The notes under the pieces were generated by a model, which made no database searches, was not told the origin of the DNA, and worked only from the letters and a program-made list of their open reading frames with translations. This document shows, in pieces, positions 21,335 through 31,187 of a stretch of 64,000 bases of DNA (the first letter of the stretch is position 1; every line of letters begins with the position of its first letter). The stretch is from an uncultured bacterium. GTDB lineage: Bacteria > Chloroflexota > UBA5177 > JANWHV01. The position numbers and the translations under genes were made by a program. The DNA is taken from positions 32,001-96,000 of the forward strand of contig CAVSOU010000011.1 in NCBI GenBank assembly GCA_963729625.1, written 5' to 3'.

Positions 21335-22351
21335 ATGAAATTCGCTATCTCGAATGTGATGAAAATCCGAAAGCGTGGGGCGTTCAGGGGCCTGCTCCTG
21401 GCCTCCCTGATCGTCGTGCCGTCGGTAGTAACGAGCTCGACTGCCCCGACAGCGACTCACGCGGCGGGCAAGATCAAGATCGTGTACGTGAATCCGCTGC
21501 CCTCCACGCCTGACTGGGGACGGTCCGGCCGCTACTTCCAGCAAGCCGCGGCGAAGCTCGGGTACCAGGCGACCGTCGTCGGCCCCAACACGTTCGACAT
21601 TCCGGCCATGATCACGGATATTCAGGATGCGATTGCCGCGAAGGCCGACGTTATTATGACATGCGCCTGCACGGGCGGCGCGTTCGACGCCGTTCTTAAG
21701 AAGGCGCGCGCGGCCGGAATCGTCACGGTCACGATTGCCGCCGATAGCGGTCCGAACACCCGCGACGTGTTCCTGGGCACCAATTACCCGAAGCTCGCTC
21801 GCGATGCGGCCATGGCGTTCGTAAAGAAGATGAACGGTAAGGCGAACATCGGGCTTGTACAAACGGACGGCACGACGCCGAATCAGGTTGCTGAGGTCAG
21901 TGCCTTCAAGGCGGCGCTGAAGCCCTATCCGAATATGAAGGTCGTGGCCGCCGTCTACGACAACAGCGACGCAGCTATAGCGGCGCCCAAGATGTCGCAG
22001 ATGCTCATTGCCCATCCTGAAATCAACGCCATCTGGACGGTCGAAGGCGCGGCGCCCGGCGTGGCGGAAAGCGTGCTCAAGCAGGCTGGAAAGAAGCCCG
22101 GTGATGTAGCGGTCCTGGGCATCGACCTCCAGGTGCCGGTCAAGATTGCGATTCAGCAGGGCTGGATCTGGGCCACGCAGTATCAGCAATTCTTTGATGC
22201 TACGCCCCTGGCCGCCAAGTGCGCGATCGACATCAAGGAAGGCAAGAAGATAAAGAGCAGCGTGATCGATACCGGCTCGCTCTTCATTACCAAGAACAAC
22301 ATTCCAGCCAATCTTCCGCCCAAGGACGAGGTCTTGCCGAACGCATGCTAG
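21335..22351 (+). CDS. Monosaccharide ABC transporter substrate-binding protein (RbsB-like)
   Basis: Signal peptide, AIAAKADVI, AAGIVTVTI, AHPEINAIW, IDTG; adjacent ATPase and permease. Confidence 0.88.
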   Translation: MKFAISNVMKIRKRGAFRGLLLASLIVVPSVVTSSTAPTATHAAGKIKIVYVNPLPSTPDWGRSGRYFQQAAAKLGYQATVVGPNTFDIPAMITDIQDAIAAKADVIMTCACTGGAFDAVLKKARAAGIVTVTIAADSGPNTRDVFLGTNYPKLARDAAMAFVKKMNGKANIGLVQTDGTTPNQVAEVSAFKAALKPYPNMKVVAAVYDNSDAAIAAPKMSQMLIAHPEINAIWTVEGAAPGVAESVLKQAGKKPGDVAVLGIDLQVPVKIAIQQGWIWATQYQQFFDATPLAAKCAIDIKEGKKIKSSVIDTGSLFITKNNIPANLPPKDEVLPNAC

Positions 22352-22494
22352 TCACGCGATCTAGAGGTACACTCCGGTCAATGCAGTGACCTGAACCGGA
22401 TTTCTCGGTAGGTACGTGGAGTGCGGGAGCACAACCCGCACTCCACGCCTGCCGTAAGTGGTTGGATGAGTTTAGCAGCACAGGGACTTGATGC

Positions 22495-23244
22495 ATGACG
22501 CCGCCAGGCGATCTTGTCTTGCGCACGACGGGTATATCGAAATCCTTCGGACCGGTGGTCGCGCTCCGTGATGTAGACCTGGAGGCGTACTACGGTGAGA
22601 TCCTTGCCCTCGTGGGCGACAACGGAGCGGGCAAATCGACGCTCGTGAAGGTGCTCGCCGGTATTCACAAGCAGGATGCAGGAGAGCTTCGCATCGATGG
22701 CAAGGTTGTGAACTTCAGCGATCCAATTGCCGCGCGCGCGGCTGGAATTGCCACGGTGTTTCAGAACCTTGCGCTTGTCGAATGCCTCGACGTTGCCCGC
22801 AACGTGTATCTGGGGCGCGAGCCTACTGTAGGGCCGTTTGTGCAGCAGCGACTGATGGTCCGCGAGGCAGCCGAGAGCTTGCGCAGGCTGAAGATCAATG
22901 TGCCCTCGGTCCGTACGACGGTGGGCTTGCTGTCCGGCGGCCAGCGGCAGGGCGTTGCCATCGCTCGAGCCGTGGCGCAGGGGGGCAGGATCATCATCAT
23001 GGACGAGCCGACGGCGGCGCTCGGGGTGCAGGAGACCCATCGCGTCGAGGAGATCATTCGAGAGCTGCGGGATCAGGGGCACGCGGTGATCGTCGTCAGT
23101 CACGACCTGGAACTTGTGTTCCGCATCTCCGACCGCATTCAGGTCCTGCGCTTGGGCCGGCGTGCGGGCGTGGTAATGACGCGAGAGACGACCCGCGCCC
23201 AGGTGGTAGAGCTGATCACCGGCGTTAGAGCGGAGGCATCCTGA
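22495..23244 (+). CDS. Sugar ABC ATP-binding protein (single domain)
   Basis: GDNGAGKST, LSGGQRQ, IIMDEPT, SH. Confidence 0.95.
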   Translation: MTPPGDLVLRTTGISKSFGPVVALRDVDLEAYYGEILALVGDNGAGKSTLVKVLAGIHKQDAGELRIDGKVVNFSDPIAARAAGIATVFQNLALVECLDVARNVYLGREPTVGPFVQQRLMVREAAESLRRLKINVPSVRTTVGLLSGGQRQGVAIARAVAQGGRIIIMDEPTAALGVQETHRVEEIIRELRDQGHAVIVVSHDLELVFRISDRIQVLRLGRRAGVVMTRETTRAQVVELITGVRAEAS

Positions 23245-24350
23245 TGCCGCCCGACGATGTGCCGGGAGCCGCCGTACTGCCCCCCACTGATTCAGACCCC
23301 GCGCCGTACACGGACGGAATCGTGCCGCGGAGCCTGACCCACGTTGCTTCAATCACGCCGGCCGGCAGCCGGTGGCAGACCTTCGTGCGGACATCGCCTG
23401 AACGAATACTTCAGAATCCCCAATCCGGCATGGTGCTGGCTCTGATTGTCTTCTCGGCTATCATCGCGTCGCGGAACTCGCTGTTCCTGTCTCACGCCAA
23501 TATCATCGAGATCCTCCGTTCGTCGGTGTACATCTTCATCATCGGTGTGGCCGCAACCTTCGTCTTCGTCTCCGGTGGGCTGGATCTATCGGTCGGCTCG
23601 GTCTTCGCCGTCGGGTCGATCGGCACAGGGTACATGCTCGTGCACGGCGTGCCTGCCGTGTTGGCGATCCTGATCGGCATAGGCTTCGGTGCGCTCACCG
23701 GCGTGATCAACGGCGTCATCATCGTCTATTTCGGCATTCCGCCTCTGATTACCACCCTCGGAATGCTCTACGTGGCCAGAGGCGTGATCACGGTGGTCAC
23801 CGGCGGCGTGCCTCTGTACCCGTTCCCGGACCAGTTCAACCAGATTGGCGAAGGCGATCTCTGGGGCATCCCGTACCTGGTGATCTATGCCGTGGTCATC
23901 GGCATTCTTGGTCATGTGATTCTGGAGTACACGCGTTTTGGCTTCGACGTGCGCGCGACGGGCGGCAACCACGAAGCAGCGCGGTCGACCGGCATCAGGG
24001 TGAACCGCGTCTCGATGACGGTCTATATCGCGAGCGGCATTTCCGCCAGCTTCGCGGGCATGCTTCTGGCAAGCCAGCTTGGTTCCGGACAGCCAAGTGT
24101 CGGTCAGGGCATGGAATTGCAGGTCATTGCCGGCGTGATCATCGGAGGTACAAGCCTCTTTGGCGGCATAGGCAGCATTATCGGGACCGCCCTCGGCGCC
24201 CTGCTTCTGGCCGTGATCACCGACGGGCTGGTCATGCTGAGCCTTGACCCCTCGTACCAGAACATCGTCGTCGGCGTGGTTATCGTGATCGCCGTGGGTC
24301 TGGACCGTTTGCGGCGGCTTCGGATGTGGAAGCGTGGAGTCACGCAGTAG
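23244..24350 (+). CDS. Monosaccharide ABC permease (RbsC-like)
   Basis: GGLDLSVG, IPPLITTLG, GGNHEAARSTGI, IIGGTSLFGG. Confidence 0.93.
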   Translation: MPPDDVPGAAVLPPTDSDPAPYTDGIVPRSLTHVASITPAGSRWQTFVRTSPERILQNPQSGMVLALIVFSAIIASRNSLFLSHANIIEILRSSVYIFIIGVAATFVFVSGGLDLSVGSVFAVGSIGTGYMLVHGVPAVLAILIGIGFGALTGVINGVIIVYFGIPPLITTLGMLYVARGVITVVTGGVPLYPFPDQFNQIGEGDLWGIPYLVIYAVVIGILGHVILEYTRFGFDVRATGGNHEAARSTGIRVNRVSMTVYIASGISASFAGMLLASQLGSGQPSVGQGMELQVIAGVIIGGTSLFGGIGSIIGTALGALLLAVITDGLVMLSLDPSYQNIVVGVVIVIAVGLDRLRRLRMWKRGVTQ

Positions 24351-25513
24351 CCTGGGCCTCACTGCCGCGGAGCACGCGGATTTCCAGCGACTGTTCTCGG
24401 CGCGCCTGGATCGGGTAAAGGCGACGACCGCTGATATGTTCGCCTTCAGGCAGCTCGATCGGCCGCCTTTCTGCGTGAACGGCGCCTGGTACTCGCTCTT
24501 CGGCCAGGATAGCCATACTGTCCCCGAAGCACTATTTCGAAGACCCTGCCGTCATGACGAGCTTCCAGGAGCGCTCGTACTACGAACAGGTCCGGGACGT
24601 GGCCGACGATTTTGTGCCGTATCTGGTGCCGTGGCTTGGCACTGCCGTGGTTGCATCGGCATTTGGCGGTCGTGTCGAGTTTCTGCCCAGGCAGGATCCT
24701 GCCACCGACCCGCGCTCCTACCCGGTCGCGACGCCGGAGGATGTCCGGCGGCTGCGAATTCCCGATCCCGAGATGGACGGCTTGATGCCGCGGGTGCTTC
24801 GCCTGCAACGCTACATGGTGGAGAACAGTTTCCTTCCGGTCGGCATAACCGATCTGCAAGGCCCGCTGACGACGGCGAATCAGCTCATGGGCTATGACCG
24901 TCTCATCTACCTGATGGCGGACGAGCCCCTCGCGGCGCATGAGCTCCTGGAGAAGATCACGGAGGCGCTCATACGCTGGGTAAAAGCGCAGAAGGCTGTC
25001 ATCGGCGAAACACTCACCGAGTGCATTGGCGATCAACTCGTCTATACGGGAAGTAACGCGGGCGTGTGGCTCGCCGACGACGACGCCGTGATCATGTCCC
25101 CGAAATACTATCGCGAGTTCGTCGTTCCTTATAACTCGCGATTGCTGCGGGAGTTCGGCGGCGGCTGCTTGCACTTCTGTGGCGCTGCGTGCCACCAGAC
25201 CGACAACTTCCTGGCCACCGATGGTCTTCGAGCGATCAACGTCTACACTTTGCACAATGCTCGCGCGTTTCGAGAGCTCAAGGAGAGGCTTGAGGGCCGG
25301 ATCGTGCTATTTGCCTGCGACTATGCGCCGCTTGAGCACCGGAGCTACTTCCGCGATCTGCTCGACGATCTCTCGCTCAGAGGCCTGGCAATTAACCTCC
25401 ACTATTCCCCCATTGTCGCCCTGTTGCCCGGTGGCAGATACGAAGCCGTGCAACGAGATATGCGTTCGGGTCGAGATGCGGTGTACACGTATTTGCATCG
25501 GCGCTTCGGCTGA
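24334..25513 (+). CDS. Third, divergent URO-D/MtaA-fold protein (frameshift near 24530)
   Basis: TDLQGPLTTANQLMG, WLADDDAVIMSPKYYREFVVPY, LHFCG. Confidence 0.7.
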
Positions 25514-25514
25514 G

Positions 25515-26093
25515 CTACCCGGAACCGTCTCCCCTTTCCGACGCGCCGGCGCAGCGAAGTGCCCGCCGAACGCGCGCGCCGACCTCGTACAGGGCGTCTC
25601 TTGCTCGGTCCACCGAATCGGCGTAGTGCAGGAAGCCATGGATCATCCCCTCGTAGCGGATGAGCTGCACAGGCACGCCCGCATCGAGCAGTCGGTGCGC
25701 GTAGAGCTCTCCCTCATCGCGCAATGGGTCGAATTCGGACAAATTGCCGCCCGCACTGTCGCCGCCCACTGCGATGCAGCCGGCGTCTCCGCCCAACTCC
25801 GCGGCGTGCTGAGCGATCCATGTGGCAGCGGCGAAGCAATCGTTCACAGCCGCTGGAAACGGATTCTCCGGCGCCAGTCGATAGTCAACCGACACCGTGA
25901 GGCACCTAGCGCCGTTAGTCAGCGCGCGGCAGATGGCATCGTGCGTGTCCAGGTTGTTGAGTACCCAGCCACTTCCGTGGAAATACAGGAGCACGGGGAA
26001 GGGCGCGGTCCCATCCGGCGCATAGAGTCGGACCGGGATCGCCCCGGCAGGGCCCGGAATAGTGCTATTCTCGACACGCGCGACGCGCTCCAT
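25515..26093 (-). pseudogene. HSL-family esterase/lipase with in-frame internal deletion
   Basis: HGSGW, DYRLAPENPFPA; GDSAGGNL fused directly to EFDPLRDEG...GMIHGF, so the usual intervening segment is missing. Confidence 0.75.
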
Positions 26094-26455
26094 TTCCTGC
26101 CTTCCTTTCCAACATGCTGCCCACGGGCAACTCGCGGCTAAGGCCCGCTGGCCTCCCTCGCGATGCTGCCATATATAGCGTAGCGAGGCGGTTGCCGTAT
26201 CGTGCCGGCGAAGATGCACCCCTGCGGCAGGTGCGCCTTCCCGGCCGCGGCGGCCGTATCCCACCGCACGTCCAGGCCCATAAGGCCACCCCGGCCGCGC
26301 ATCCGAAAAGGGTTAGCCGGCAGCGGCCGGATGGGCGCGGCAGCTTCACGCTACGCGATTGTCCCACCCGGGTGTCGATGCAGGATCTCTGGGTCGTACA
26401 TGGAGCGCACGTGTCGTCGAAACAGGGTGACACGAGCTAACCGGGGGCGTGGCCG

Positions 26456-29275
26456 CTAGCCCACGCTGTGCTGTTGTGCCAGGCTCGGCACAAGGCTTAG
26501 GAGCGTGCCCTGTTGGTCGACCAGCTGATCGGCAATGCAGCGCAGGAGCGCATCGACTACCTGAGGGTCCCATTGTAGCCCGCGGCCCTGGCGCAGGATA
26601 CCCGCCGCCTTGGCGACAGACATGCCGGGGCGATACGGTCGGTCGCTGGTCATCGCGTCGAAGCCGTCCGCTACCGCGAGCACCCGCGCCCCGAAGGGGA
26701 TGGCCAGCCCCTTGAGCCCATCCGGGTACCCCCTGCCATCCCATGCTTCGTGGTGGTGCCGCACAATCGTAATGCCGCGCGTGAAGTCCTGATACCCTGC
26801 CAACACCTCGGTTCCCCTCACCGGATGCGTCTTCATGAGCGCAAACTCGGCGGCGGTCAGCGCTCCGGGCTTGTTCAGAATCGCGTCAGGAATGGCGATC
26901 TTGCCGATGTCATGCACGCGCGCGGCCGAGAGAATCAACTCACAGTCGGGACCACTGAGCTTCATCTCCCGCAGGATTTGGCCACAGTACTCTTCAACGC
27001 GCCGCGAGTGGCCGCCGGTGCAGGGATCGCGCAGATCTACCGTCTCGGCCATACTCTCTAGCAGCCGGTGGGTGGAGTCCTGCACGTCGTGCAAGTGCTT
27101 CGCTGCCTTGTAGACCAATGCCCCGGGTACCACAAGAAGCACCAATGCCCATTCCGCGCGCTGGGAGACCAGTACCCCAAGGAAACCGACCAGGTACTGT
27201 ATGCCGTCGGGCACGGCGGTGTCGCCGGCAAGTGCACGCAGCACGCGCAGCGGCCGCTCCCCCGTCATGGGAGCCACAATCAGCGGTAGGGTGACGAAAT
27301 CGCCGGCCCACAGCACCAGGGCCGATGCTGCAAGCATGAGTAGCGCGGCGTCTCCCGGAGCGGGTACGTGGGCCACCAGATTGCCCAAGAGCACGACGAG
27401 CACCCACCGGGCGACAGCCGTGGCAATATCACTCGGATAGAGCTTGCGCTGCTCGCGCACCGATACTTCCCCGAGCAAGGTGCCGAACCCGGCTGCAACC
27501 AGAGCAAGCGGCAGGGGCAGTAACGCGGCGATTAGGAAGTACGCCATCGTTGAGAGTTGCACCTTGACGTGGAGACGAATGTGGATAGGGTACTGGTAGG
27601 CCACGACGACCGCGGCGGCGAGTGCCATCGCTTCCAACGTCACGCCCAGCGGTGCCGATCCAAGCTGGACCGCCGGCGACTGTAGCGCCGCGACCGTTGC
27701 CGCCACGGCCAGGAGCATAGTGGCGAGCGCCATCCCAGGCTGGGGCAACAGAGGCGACAACCGCTCCCAAATGGGCACTGCCCTCGCGCGGCCTGCTGGT
27801 CGTTTGTGGCCAGTGTCGCCGGCCAGACTCGCGGGCGCCTGATCACCGCCTTCTGCCTGTAGTTGCCGTGCGGCTGCCGACGTCGGAGTCGCTATCGCTG
27901 CGAATGCGGCAGCGCCCGCGGGTATTGCCAGCGGGGCGCGATCATGCACCTCGCCGTGCGCCTCAGCTGGGACCGGCATCGGCATCGTCGCGGGCCCGGC
28001 GTGCTGTGCCGGCTCCTCCTGCCTGCCCTCGTCCGTTGTCGCCGCGACCGCCTTTCCCGCCGGCTGCGGGATCCGGCGGTCCCACGAGAGATCAGATGCG
28101 CGCACCACGGTATTGCGTCCGCGGGTCTTGGCCTCGTAGACCGCCATATCGGCGGCAAAGATCAGCTCCTCCGAGGTGCTCCCGTCCTGCGGATAGCAGG
28201 CCACACCCAGGCTCATGGTCACCCTGATCGGTTCGGCAGACGTCGCGACCGGAAAGCGCGCGTCGGCGACGGCCCGCCTCAGGCGCTCGGCCAGAGTCTC
28301 GGCCACATAGGGATCGGCCTCAGGCGTGACCAAGAGGAACTCCTCACCGCCGAAGCGGCCGCCGATGTCGTACTCACGCATAGTCTGGCGGATGACCTGG
28401 CCGATGCCGGCCAGGACCGCATCGCCGGCAAGGTGCCCATAGCAGTTGTTGACATTGCGCAGCAGGTCGAGGTCGGCCATGATCACGGCGAGAGGCCGCT
28501 CAAAGCGGCTGGCGCGGTTGAGCTCCGCGCTGAACAGGGTTTTGAAGTGCCCAGCGTTGGCCAGTCCGGTCTTGCTGTCGATGGCGGCCAGGTGCTGGAG
28601 CTGCGGGATCATCAATGCCCGGTACATCAGCACGAGCGGGGTGAGGGCAGGCACGATGAAGATTGGATGGAGCTGCCAGAGCGTGGCAACCACCAAGCCC
28701 AGGCAGGCCAGGACCAGGTCGGTCAACGTACTCGAAAAGTCGAGCATCTCGGAGTCGTGCCAGCTCACGCCGCGGGCCAGGACCAGGGCAAGACCCAGAA
28801 GAACCCGGTTGAGGAGCACGTAGCTGAGCGCCGCTACCAGCCCCCTGATTGCCGGTGCGGCCGCGGAATCCGAACCACCTAAGGCGGTTAGCGCCACATA
28901 CAGCCAGTAGGCGCTCAAGCCGGTGAAACCGGTCATGGCGATGTTGAAGGGCTGGAGGTACCAGGCGCGCAGGTGCGGGCTGCGCTGCCAGCGCTCCTTG
29001 CCCCACTCGATCAGATGGGGAATTGCCACCAACAGCACAATCAGGAAAGGAGGCAGGAGCAGCACGCCGGCGAAGAAGAAGATTGGGCTGGTGTAGAACA
29101 GGACGTGGTTGGGCGCTTCCGCCTTGAATAGCTGCGCGAGCGTCGCCAGCACGGTCAGCGCCGCGAACGTACCCCAGGCCGCTGGAGTCGGGGCGAAGCG
29201 CAGCACGGCAAGGGTACTGAGCAGCAGGCCGGAGCCGAGTACGCCGCCCACGTAGGCGCGGGCGCCAATCGACAT
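26456..29275 (-). CDS. Membrane c-di-GMP enzyme: TM sensor-GGDEF-linker-TM sensor-HD-GYP
   Basis: Two multi-TM blocks; DSKTGLAN, RxxD (REYD) I-site, GGEEF; HSRRV, HDIGK, HHEAWDGRGYP. Confidence 0.93.
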   Translation of the reverse strand: MSIGARAYVGGVLGSGLLLSTLAVLRFAPTPAAWGTFAALTVLATLAQLFKAEAPNHVLFYTSPIFFFAGVLLLPPFLIVLLVAIPHLIEWGKERWQRSPHLRAWYLQPFNIAMTGFTGLSAYWLYVALTALGGSDSAAAPAIRGLVAALSYVLLNRVLLGLALVLARGVSWHDSEMLDFSSTLTDLVLACLGLVVATLWQLHPIFIVPALTPLVLMYRALMIPQLQHLAAIDSKTGLANAGHFKTLFSAELNRASRFERPLAVIMADLDLLRNVNNCYGHLAGDAVLAGIGQVIRQTMREYDIGGRFGGEEFLLVTPEADPYVAETLAERLRRAVADARFPVATSAEPIRVTMSLGVACYPQDGSTSEELIFAADMAVYEAKTRGRNTVVRASDLSWDRRIPQPAGKAVAATTDEGRQEEPAQHAGPATMPMPVPAEAHGEVHDRAPLAIPAGAAAFAAIATPTSAAARQLQAEGGDQAPASLAGDTGHKRPAGRARAVPIWERLSPLLPQPGMALATMLLAVAATVAALQSPAVQLGSAPLGVTLEAMALAAAVVVAYQYPIHIRLHVKVQLSTMAYFLIAALLPLPLALVAAGFGTLLGEVSVREQRKLYPSDIATAVARWVLVVLLGNLVAHVPAPGDAALLMLAASALVLWAGDFVTLPLIVAPMTGERPLRVLRALAGDTAVPDGIQYLVGFLGVLVSQRAEWALVLLVVPGALVYKAAKHLHDVQDSTHRLLESMAETVDLRDPCTGGHSRRVEEYCGQILREMKLSGPDCELILSAARVHDIGKIAIPDAILNKPGALTAAEFALMKTHPVRGTEVLAGYQDFTRGITIVRHHHEAWDGRGYPDGLKGLAIPFGARVLAVADGFDAMTSDRPYRPGMSVAKAAGILRQGRGLQWDPQVVDALLRCIADQLVDQQGTLLSLVPSLAQQHSVG

Positions 29276-29321
29276 CGCTGCCCGCCCTTCACTCGCCAAG
29301 CGGCGCCCTCTGCGCCGCGCT

Positions 29322-29350
29322 CAGCACTTGCTAGTAGACTAGCATTGCTG
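29322..29350. promoter_or_regulatory. Inverted repeat upstream of the GGDEF/HD-GYP gene
   Basis: CAGCA-ct-TGCTAGT-ag-ACTAGCA-t-TGCTG. Confidence 0.5.
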
Positions 29351-29480
29351 CACGCGGGAGTCGCTCCCCCAGTTGGGAGGTGTCCCGCGGCCAAATCTGC
29401 CGTTAGCCACTCGCTGACTGGTCGGACCGTCGCCGATCACTCAGAGCTGGATGCCCTGCGACGCGAGGAAGATCGAGGGC

Positions 29481-29505
29481 GGGCACGACCCTGACACCCG
29501 TGCCC
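29481..29505 (-). terminator. Stem-loop just after the S8 stop codon (no U tract)
   Basis: GGGCACG-11 nt-CGTGCCC. Confidence 0.35.
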
Positions 29506-29509
29506 ACGG

Positions 29510-31044
29510 TCAGCTGCCCCAGTAGTCGCTGCCCCAGTTCACCGAGCCCCAATTGACGCTGCCCCAGTTCACCGAGCCCCAGTTGACACTGCCCCAGTTC
29601 ACCGAACCCCAGTTCACGCTGCCCCAGGTGACAGGCTGGCTGCCGGTCCACAGCAGCTGGCTGGCAGCTATCCCGGTGTTTGATGTGGCAGTCGCTGTGC
29701 CGTGCACCGCGGCGTAAGCATCCACCTCGCCCGCACCCGTGCCCGCGCCCACATAGTGAGCCGTAGCCTTCAGGCGATATTTGACTTGGTCGGGATTGAG
29801 TGCCGGGTTGGACTGCAGCAAGAGCGCCACCACGCCGGACACCACGGGAGCCGCCATGGACGTGCCCGACATCCGCAGGTAGATGCTGCCGCTAGGCCCA
29901 TTGACCACGTTGGCCGGGTGCGCAACACAGATGACGCAGTTCACATTCCCGGACAAGCTCACCAGGTTGCTTCCAGGCGCCACCACATCCGGCTTGCTGA
30001 ATCCGTCTGTGGTGGTCCCGTACATGGAGTACGTGGCCAGCGTATGGTTGGCCAGATTGGTCGAACCGTGATCGTCCACCGCGCCCACGGTGATCACGAA
30101 GGGATCGTTAGCAGGCGCGTAGACGCCCCCGCTGTTCCCCGCGGAGACCACGACGACGATGCCGTTGAACCAGAGTATCTCGACGGCAGCGTCGATCGGG
30201 TCCACGTTGTAGGAATCCGGAGCTGTGCTGTTGAGCGAGAGGTTCACGACGCGGATATTGTAGGTCTGCTTGTGGGCGAGCACCCACTGCAAGCCCTGGA
30301 CGACGTTCGACGCGGTGCTCGCGCCCTGGTCGTCGCTGACCTTCACATTGATGATGTTGGCGCTCGGCGCTATCCCGACATAGGCGCCGTTTGATCGACT
30401 CGCCGTTGCCGGCAATGATGCCGGCGACGTGGTCGCCGTGGCCATACATGTCCGTGACCGACGTGTTGGGGCCGCTGTTGAACGCGACGTTGGCCACCAA
30501 CCGGCTGACACCCAACGGCGTGTACAGGTCTTGCGTCGGATTGACGCCGCTGTCGACGACCGCGACGCCGACGCCCTGCCCCTGCAGATACGCAGGCCCT
30601 TCATTCCAGACCCGTGAGGCGCCCACATCCTGAGGATTCGAGACTCAGCAGATTCGCGGTGTTGATGCACTGCGTACAGGAGCTGGCATGCACGACCGGT
30701 GCGTCGGTCGAGACCCACCGTACCGATGCTGCGCCCGCCAGCTTGGGCAGCATTCGTGCCCGTATGGTCGCGCTGAAGCCGTTGATGATCGGCAGCAGTA
30801 CTCCGACCTTGCCGCCTAGCGCGTGCACCAGCTCTTGTGCGCTGGTCGTTGAGCCCGTCGCCTGCACGATGACTGTCACCGTGGCCCCAGGCCGGGCCGC
30901 AGCTAGTTGCAGCAGGACAGGCTGCGCCTTGAGCGACTGAGCACGCGCTACGGTCGCGCTCGCCGGTGGTACCGCGAGGATCGCGACGAGCGCCAGGGCA
31001 GGCAGCCAGCGCCACTTGTTGGACCAGTGACGCGTCGTCTCCAT
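29510..31044 (-). CDS. Secreted S8 subtilisin-like serine protease (AprX-like) with Trp-rich repeat tail (frameshifts near 30630 and 30395)
   Basis: GGAGG RBS, signal peptide, propeptide; VAVVDSG (Asp), YGHGDHVAGII (His), SAGN, SGTSMAAP (Ser). Confidence 0.92.
29513..29626 (-). repeat. Coding 15-bp tandem repeat: (WGSVN)6-WGSDY-WGS
   Basis: Six 15-nt units with synonymous codon variation at the protease C-terminus. Confidence 0.95.
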
Positions 31045-31187
31045 GATAGTAATCCCTCCAAATTTCACGATAACCTTACCGGCTCTGCCGGAATCAGTGC
31101 ACCAGGACCGGCGACTCTGTCGACGCGCCTCCAAATGGGTGCATCCGCAGCTTGCATGACCGGTCTCCGTCCTCCGCCACGCCACGC

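Noticed and set aside
29513-29626. Short periodic repeats as a CRISPR array
   Set aside because: 15-nt units with no spacers, in-frame coding with synonymous variation, and no cas genes.
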